32,795 bases of DNA from contig CAZHRF010000036.1 of NCBI GenBank assembly GCA_964534625.1, forward strand, positions 1 through 32,795, given 5' to 3'. Positions within the stretch are counted from its first letter, which is position 1. Every line of letters begins with the position of its first letter. The position numbers and the translations under genes were made by a program. Source of the DNA: an uncultured archaeon (lineage in GTDB: Archaea > Asgardarchaeota > Heimdallarchaeia > Heimdallarchaeales > Heimdallarchaeaceae). Under the pieces are notes generated by a model, which was not told where the DNA came from, ran no database searches, and saw only the letters and a program-made list of their open reading frames with translations. Below, piece by piece: positions 27,968-32,795 of this stretch.

Positions 27968-28174
27968 CTCCCAGTAAGTATCAATCACTTAATACATAAA
28001 AATCTTCTATTTATCCTTTTTTTATTTTTGCGATGGTTTAACTAATCAAAGTATGATATTTTCACAAAATATACAATCGATCGAAGATAAATAAAGATAT
28101 CACCCCTCAAATATTTATGTTCAGAATTTGCATAAGGCATAAAGTAATCTTCAAGAAAAAAAGAAAAAAAGGTA

Positions 28175-28501
28175 TTATAGAACAGCTGATAGAATATATA
28201 GGATACCGCCTAATATAGCCAGAAGGGCACCCCAACCACCAGCAACTATACCAGCAGCGAATATAACTATTCCTATCATAATATCTGACAGTTTAATTTT
28301 CTTATAGGACAAGGCTAGGATGGTAATACCCAATAAAATTGTGAGAAGATGTTGGGCTGTATCACTATCTTGCAAACTCAGAAGAGTGGGGCCAAAGTAT
28401 ATACCCACGCCCATAAGAGGAAGTAATCCTTGAAATACGAGAAAAACACCACCAACCAATGATATGATTCTTGCCCATTTATCTAATTCTATAGATTTCA
28501 T
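28175..28501 (-). CDS. Small Gly-rich multi-pass membrane protein, paralog 1
   Basis: About four hydrophobic helices; shares KW.RI.SL.GG and AGGWGALLAI.GGILYIL.A with the next gene. Confidence 0.8.
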   Translation of the reverse strand: MKSIELDKWARIISLVGGVFLVFQGLLPLMGVGIYFGPTLLSLQDSDTAQHLLTILLGITILALSYKKIKLSDIMIGIVIFAAGIVAGGWGALLAILGGILYILSAVL

Positions 28502-28568
28502 AACACTTAGATAACTATAATTATTATTAATAAAGTTTATGAAAAAACCAAATCTTGATCACTAAACT

Positions 28569-29135
28569 AACAGCGGTAACAATTTAAAACAACAAAACAA
28601 GCATAATTGAGCAACGGTTCATTTTTTAGTTGATAACAGTCCAAAAAAAAAGAATTAAATTATAAAATAGCTCCTAGTATGTATAAGATACCGCCAATTA
28701 TGGCTAGAAGGGCACCCCAACCACCAGCAATGATACCTAGGACTAAAATGAGTATTCCTATAATTATATCGGACAGTCCAAATTCCTTATACGCTAGAGC
28801 TAAAATAAGAGCGCCCAGCACGATAGCTATAATGCCTATGATGACATTATTTAATGTTCCAAATACACTAGGACCTAAATTTTGGCCTATAGCTTGTAAT
28901 ATACCTTGTACAATGAGAAGAACGCCACCTATTAATGACAAAATTCTTCCCCATTTAATGAGTTCTTTAGAAGTCATAGTGCCTAGAGTAATATGAAGGT
29001 TATTTATAAAACTTATGTGATTGAATGATGACACTAGTAAATGAGTAAAAAAAAGTCAACTAGCTGTTCCTATCAGCTATATAGTCTATGAATGTGTAAT
29101 TAACCATTTTTATGTCTTAATTTGTTACCGCTGTT
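28569..29135. repeat. 19-bp inverted repeats (18/19 identical) bracketing paralog 2
   Basis: AACAGCGGTAACAATTTAA (28569-28587) and TTAATTTGTTACCGCTGTT (29117-29135). Confidence 0.85.
28660..28977 (-). CDS. Small Gly-rich multi-pass membrane protein, paralog 2
   Basis: Start set at MTSKELIKW (28977) by homology to paralog 1; clear DNA and protein similarity. Confidence 0.8.
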   Translation of the reverse strand: MTSKELIKWGRILSLIGGVLLIVQGILQAIGQNLGPSVFGTLNNVIIGIIAIVLGALILALAYKEFGLSDIIIGILILVLGIIAGGWGALLAIIGGILYILGAIL

Positions 29136-29273
29136 CTTATCTTTTATTTTTTGTTTTGATTTTTTTCATAGACCTTAGAGGTCATTTCACTTGAGAGAGA
29201 TATGGACAGCAAGTATGTTTAAACCATCGTAAAAAATGTTTACTGAGATGAACTTTGAACTTCGTGTTTTTTC

Positions 29274-30095
29274 TTAGATATTAAAAACCACCTTACGCAC
29301 TATTAATACTACTAACGCCATTGGTATAGTAACCAATACTGGTAGAATGATAGCTAGAAGGTAAATCAAAATGGTTGGTTTTTTTCTTTGTCGACTTTTA
29401 GGAACACAATAAGCAGGAAGATACACTATTAGACCATAAACCAGCCCCCAAAAACTGAAACTAAATAAGATATATTGAAAACCAAAAGCTATTCCTTCAA
29501 AAATCAAACCAGTAAAACCATACAAGATTAGCACCCAATTAGGATGAAAGGTGTATTTTTCTAATAAGACTGCCCAAACAAGGAAACTAGGGAGAAAAAC
29601 TATCACACTATGAACAAAAATAACCTCGAAATAATTGGGAGACCCGGTGATAAACACTTTATAGGGAGAAAAACCCCATAAAGGAGCTGTATTGGTCATA
29701 CCAGTAGTGATAACTTCTTCTAAACAAGCTAACAAGATGGCAAACAGGAAAAACCTTAGGACCCGCTTATCAGGCTTTCTTTGCATCTTTAATCGTAATG
29801 GTTCACGTATTAAACGCATAATACTCCCTCCTATGAATATCCACAACACTATTAGACCAAGAGACATAGAAAGAAGGGCAATATCTTTACGTTCTCCAGT
29901 TTCGAGAATAAAAATCCAAAGTAATGTTTGAGAGATTATTAACCATATGACATAAAAAATGATAATCTTACGAGCAAATCTTCCCTCTTTTTGTAAAAAG
30001 TGTTCATAATCATCATTTATTAGATCAGAAGACGGGGTTTCAATAATAGCAGATTTTTCTGAATTAAAATCACTAGACACAAAGTGGAAGAGCAA
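29274..30095 (-). CDS. Hypothetical multi-pass membrane protein
   Basis: About 7 hydrophobic segments, LACLEEVITT and HSV motifs; start uncertain. Confidence 0.7.
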   Translation of the reverse strand: MLFHFVSSDFNSEKSAIIETPSSDLINDDYEHFLQKEGRFARKIIIFYVIWLIISQTLLWIFILETGERKDIALLSMSLGLIVLWIFIGGSIMRLIREPLRLKMQRKPDKRVLRFFLFAILLACLEEVITTGMTNTAPLWGFSPYKVFITGSPNYFEVIFVHSVIVFLPSFLVWAVLLEKYTFHPNWVLILYGFTGLIFEGIAFGFQYILFSFSFWGLVYGLIVYLPAYCVPKSRQRKKPTILIYLLAIILPVLVTIPMALVVLIVRKVVFNI

Positions 30096-30376
30096 TCGAG
30101 ATATAAAAATGTTCGTTAAAGGATAGTACTTGTGAAATAGCGCTTAAATACTATGCTTTGTGATTAAATCGGTAGTAATATATTCTAAAGAGAGATGATC
30201 TTCAACTTTTTCCTTAATTCGGAAGTACTAAAGTAATAAAACTCTAAATAAGTCCAACAATAAAGCTAGTTTGAACTGCACATTGAATAATATACCATAA
30301 AACAACAATATGAAAGATCAGTAGGAATTAATAAAATATATCAAAAAAGAAAAGGAATGATGTTTTTACTATCTTC

Positions 30377-30943
30377 TTAGATTTCAACTTCTTGAAAAAC
30401 ATCAAAGGGTGGTTCAAAGAACGTAAAATAGATGAAGATAAATGTAGATACAACTAACAAGAATAAGAGAATAATTTTAAGTCGTAAGGTAAATTCAACC
30501 TCTTTCATCTCCGAATCAAATATAGCTAGCATTATACCCAAAATAAATGTAATAGTGATCGCATAGATAATTTCAACTACGTAAGCGAAGGGGTAAAACA
30601 AACCAGGAATAGTATAGTATAGTAGTGCCATTACCCAGGGCAGAACAATTGCGGATAATATCCTTGAATATATCAGAGATGATTTATTTTCTACAAGTTT
30701 GTATTTTAGGATTAGTTCTACTAGAAATATAAAGAAATATGTAAAAAAACCAATTTTCATGTGCTGAAACATCGACTCATCAATTCCGCTAAAGATCTTT
30801 ACAATTAGAACGGGATACCAATCATAAAGAAAGTGTAGAAACGTAAAAAAAGCAAGAAAAACAACAGCTTTTACAATAATGTAAGGAAGTTTTTCTTCAA
30901 CTATGATCTCATTAATCTTATCTTTGTTAACCATAGAGTACAA
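30377..30943 (-). CDS. Hypothetical membrane protein (DUF6512-like)
   Basis: LHFLYDW..FSGIDESMFQHMKIGFF and YYT motifs; about 5 TM helices. Confidence 0.65.
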   Translation of the reverse strand: MYSMVNKDKINEIIVEEKLPYIIVKAVVFLAFFTFLHFLYDWYPVLIVKIFSGIDESMFQHMKIGFFTYFFIFLVELILKYKLVENKSSLIYSRILSAIVLPWVMALLYYTIPGLFYPFAYVVEIIYAITITFILGIMLAIFDSEMKEVEFTLRLKIILLFLLVVSTFIFIYFTFFEPPFDVFQEVEI

Positions 30944-31026
30944 ATAAAATTACCACTAATTAAACATTACTTATCTAAAACACCAAGACCTCAACTAGTT
31001 TGGTAACTGATAATGTATAAGAAGGG

Positions 31027-31812
31027 TCAGCTGGTATCATTCGTATGTTCTTGAACTCTATTGAAATTCTTCCTATCTTTCACGAATAATCTATCTATTA
31101 ACTTCTTAAACCACTTAGGTTGGAAATACCCCATATAGGAGAGATTTGCACTCACAATAAATGAACCAAATGAAAGATAATGATGAATGATATACCCTCT
31201 AACATCGGGATTGTATAGAACATCTAGAATAAGAAAAATCACTCCTGTTAGCATAAAAAACACATGAGCTAGCATAACAAAGGCTGTAATTCGATTAACT
31301 CGAGCCTTAGTAACTTTTAGTGCTCGAAGTATAATATTAACAAAGAATCCATAACAGATCAGAATGGTGAACAAGTGGTACATTTGGCAATAAAGAAGAA
31401 GAGATGATTCAAAAGTTCCGTATTCAATAATGGGATAGAGAGAAAGATGATAGAGAAATATACCTGAATTAAACCCTATCAAAACAGAACTAATAAGAGT
31501 TAAAACATCTTGTTCTCCTATGAACAGTCTTTCGATGAAACTAATTATATAAAGAATACCTATAGTAGCCAAAATCCACGTAATTTTAGCAAAAGGATGA
31601 GTATAAAACGGGTCAACGGAAAAAGTATAGACAATAAATCTTCCAATAAATGACGAGAGGAACCCTAAAAAATTCAAAAGGTAGAACATTATCAGTTTTC
31701 GAATAAGAGTTACTCTTTTTTTAGCATATTTACGGATACTTGCAACTAAGATAAAAATAAGGTTAATAACGAAAAATCCTTCTATTAAGACCACACCCAA
31801 AGTAACTGTCAT
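31027..31812 (-). CDS. Hypothetical approx. 7-TM membrane protein
   Basis: Seven hydrophobic segments ending GYFQPKWFKK; ATG 31812 overlaps the upstream TGA (ATGA) with GGTGG RBS. Confidence 0.7.
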   Translation of the reverse strand: MTVTLGVVLIEGFFVINLIFILVASIRKYAKKRVTLIRKLIMFYLLNFLGFLSSFIGRFIVYTFSVDPFYTHPFAKITWILATIGILYIISFIERLFIGEQDVLTLISSVLIGFNSGIFLYHLSLYPIIEYGTFESSLLLYCQMYHLFTILICYGFFVNIILRALKVTKARVNRITAFVMLAHVFFMLTGVIFLILDVLYNPDVRGYIIHHYLSFGSFIVSANLSYMGYFQPKWFKKLIDRLFVKDRKNFNRVQEHTNDTS

Positions 31813-32426
31813 GATTTCCACCTGATTTTTATGCATAAAAAGATATTATGAGAATAGAAAAGATAAGAGATGATAAGAATAAGATGAGCAAGATATGAGA
31901 GAACTTGAATTGAATGGAAAATAGAAAAAAGGAGAAGAGCATATCCAATATTGAATAAATTAAAGAATACTAATAGGAAAAGAATGTTTTTGATTGGTCT
32001 ATTATTACACAGGTATGAAGATAGGATCATATAGCAAAAGATAATGGTACAAACGATTATAACGGGAGTGAAAATAAATAGCGTTAATGTTTCAATCTGT
32101 GTATTGATATCAACAAGAAAAATGATTAATATCCCAAAGAATAAAGAGTAAGAAAACAACAAATGTCGTTTAAATAAAGGAGCATAACCTTCTAAGACCG
32201 TTATACTAAAGAAAAAAAACCAGAACAAATAACTTAGATACCAAAAAGATAGCATTAACTCAATATCTAATAAAACTGCTGAAATAGGTAAAACTAAACT
32301 AATGATAGATAAATAACCTATAAGAGAGGTGAAACGCCTAGCTAATTTTGGTTTAAAACAAAAAGAAAAATGAGTTAGAATGATCAATGACCCCATAAAA
32401 AACAGCAGATATGCAAAATATGTCAT
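31809..32426 (-). CDS. Hypothetical approx. 7-TM membrane protein
   Basis: Very hydrophobic ORF; GGAG RBS before ATG 32426; translationally coupled to neighbours. Confidence 0.6.
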   Translation of the reverse strand: MTYFAYLLFFMGSLIILTHFSFCFKPKLARRFTSLIGYLSIISLVLPISAVLLDIELMLSFWYLSYLFWFFFFSITVLEGYAPLFKRHLLFSYSLFFGILIIFLVDINTQIETLTLFIFTPVIIVCTIIFCYMILSSYLCNNRPIKNILFLLVFFNLFNIGYALLLFSIFHSIQVLSYLAHLILIISYLFYSHNIFLCIKIRWKS

Positions 32427-32427
32427 T

Positions 32428-32793
32428 TCAGTTACTCCAAAGGACTTCACTTAAACGGTCAAATCCCTTTTTTTCATCTGCTTTTTGTGGAAGATCAATT
32501 TTTATTAATTGTTTTTCAGTTAGTTTAAAAGTAACCTTTTTGTGTTCTTTATTCTTGTAAATGTATTTCAGTAAGGCAATAAGCGTCTTTAAATTAAACT
32601 TGTCAGCTTTTTTACATGAAGAAACAATCAAACCAAGTATTTCATAATAAGGAACGGGATTATCTGTTTTCTCCAGTATAAACCCAATAGCTATGGGAGT
32701 TTGACGTGTATCTGATTCGGGTTCTAAAGGTTCAACATGCTCAATAAGAGAGACATATTGAAAATCTTTGAATATGATAGAAGCAAAATCTCC
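32428..32793 (-). CDS. 5'-truncated soluble hypothetical protein (runs off the window end)
   Basis: The frame is open from the window edge: GDFASIIFKDFQYVSLIEHVEPLEPESDTRQTPIAIGFILEKTDNPVPYYEILGLIVSSCKK...; longer than the 67 aa in the ORF track. Confidence 0.7.
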   Translation of the reverse strand, partial: GDFASIIFKDFQYVSLIEHVEPLEPESDTRQTPIAIGFILEKTDNPVPYYEILGLIVSSCKKADKFNLKTLIALLKYIYKNKEHKKVTFKLTEKQLIKIDLPQKADEKKGFDRLSEVLWSN

Positions 32794-32795
32794 TG

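Noticed and set aside
1-32795. CRISPR arrays, tRNA, rRNA, integrases or prophage
   Set aside because: No spaced repeat arrays, GC-rich structural RNA tracts or recombinase motifs seen by eye

Overview
AT-rich archaeal window, most likely an Asgard archaeon (Heimdallarchaeia-like). The taxonomy is inferred from gene content, GGTGA/GAGGTG ribosome-binding sites and TATA-type promoters. The centrepiece (4.7-12.2 kb) is a ubiquitin-ESCRT locus in two convergent blocks. The + block encodes ubiquitin, E1, a fused ESCRT-I (UEV-coiled coil-steadiness box-Vps28), a small Vps28-CTD-like ORF and Vps22/36. The - block encodes ESCRT-IIIA, ESCRT-IIIB, Vps4 and Vps25. Such clusters are known in Asgard archaea, but this one has notable details. 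There is no E2, E3 or JAB deubiquitinase in the window. The UEV keeps the E2 HPN motif but has Lys at the catalytic-Cys position. There is an internal RBS+ATG at the Vps28 junction, an apparent second free Vps28 C-terminal domain, and an amphipathic insertion in Vps25. Flanking regions carry hutI/hutH, a metallophosphoesterase, a PDCD5-like gene, an isolated and atypical rnfD-rnfC pair, Zn-finger proteins and an IS200/IS605-type miniature remnant. They also carry a glycogen/alpha-glucan cluster (GH57, glgA, GH13, degenerate phosphohexomutase, NDP-sugar pyrophosphorylase), an aminotransferase and several membrane proteins, including a tandem paralog pair with 19-bp inverted repeats. All calls come from motif recognition by eye; no searches were run.
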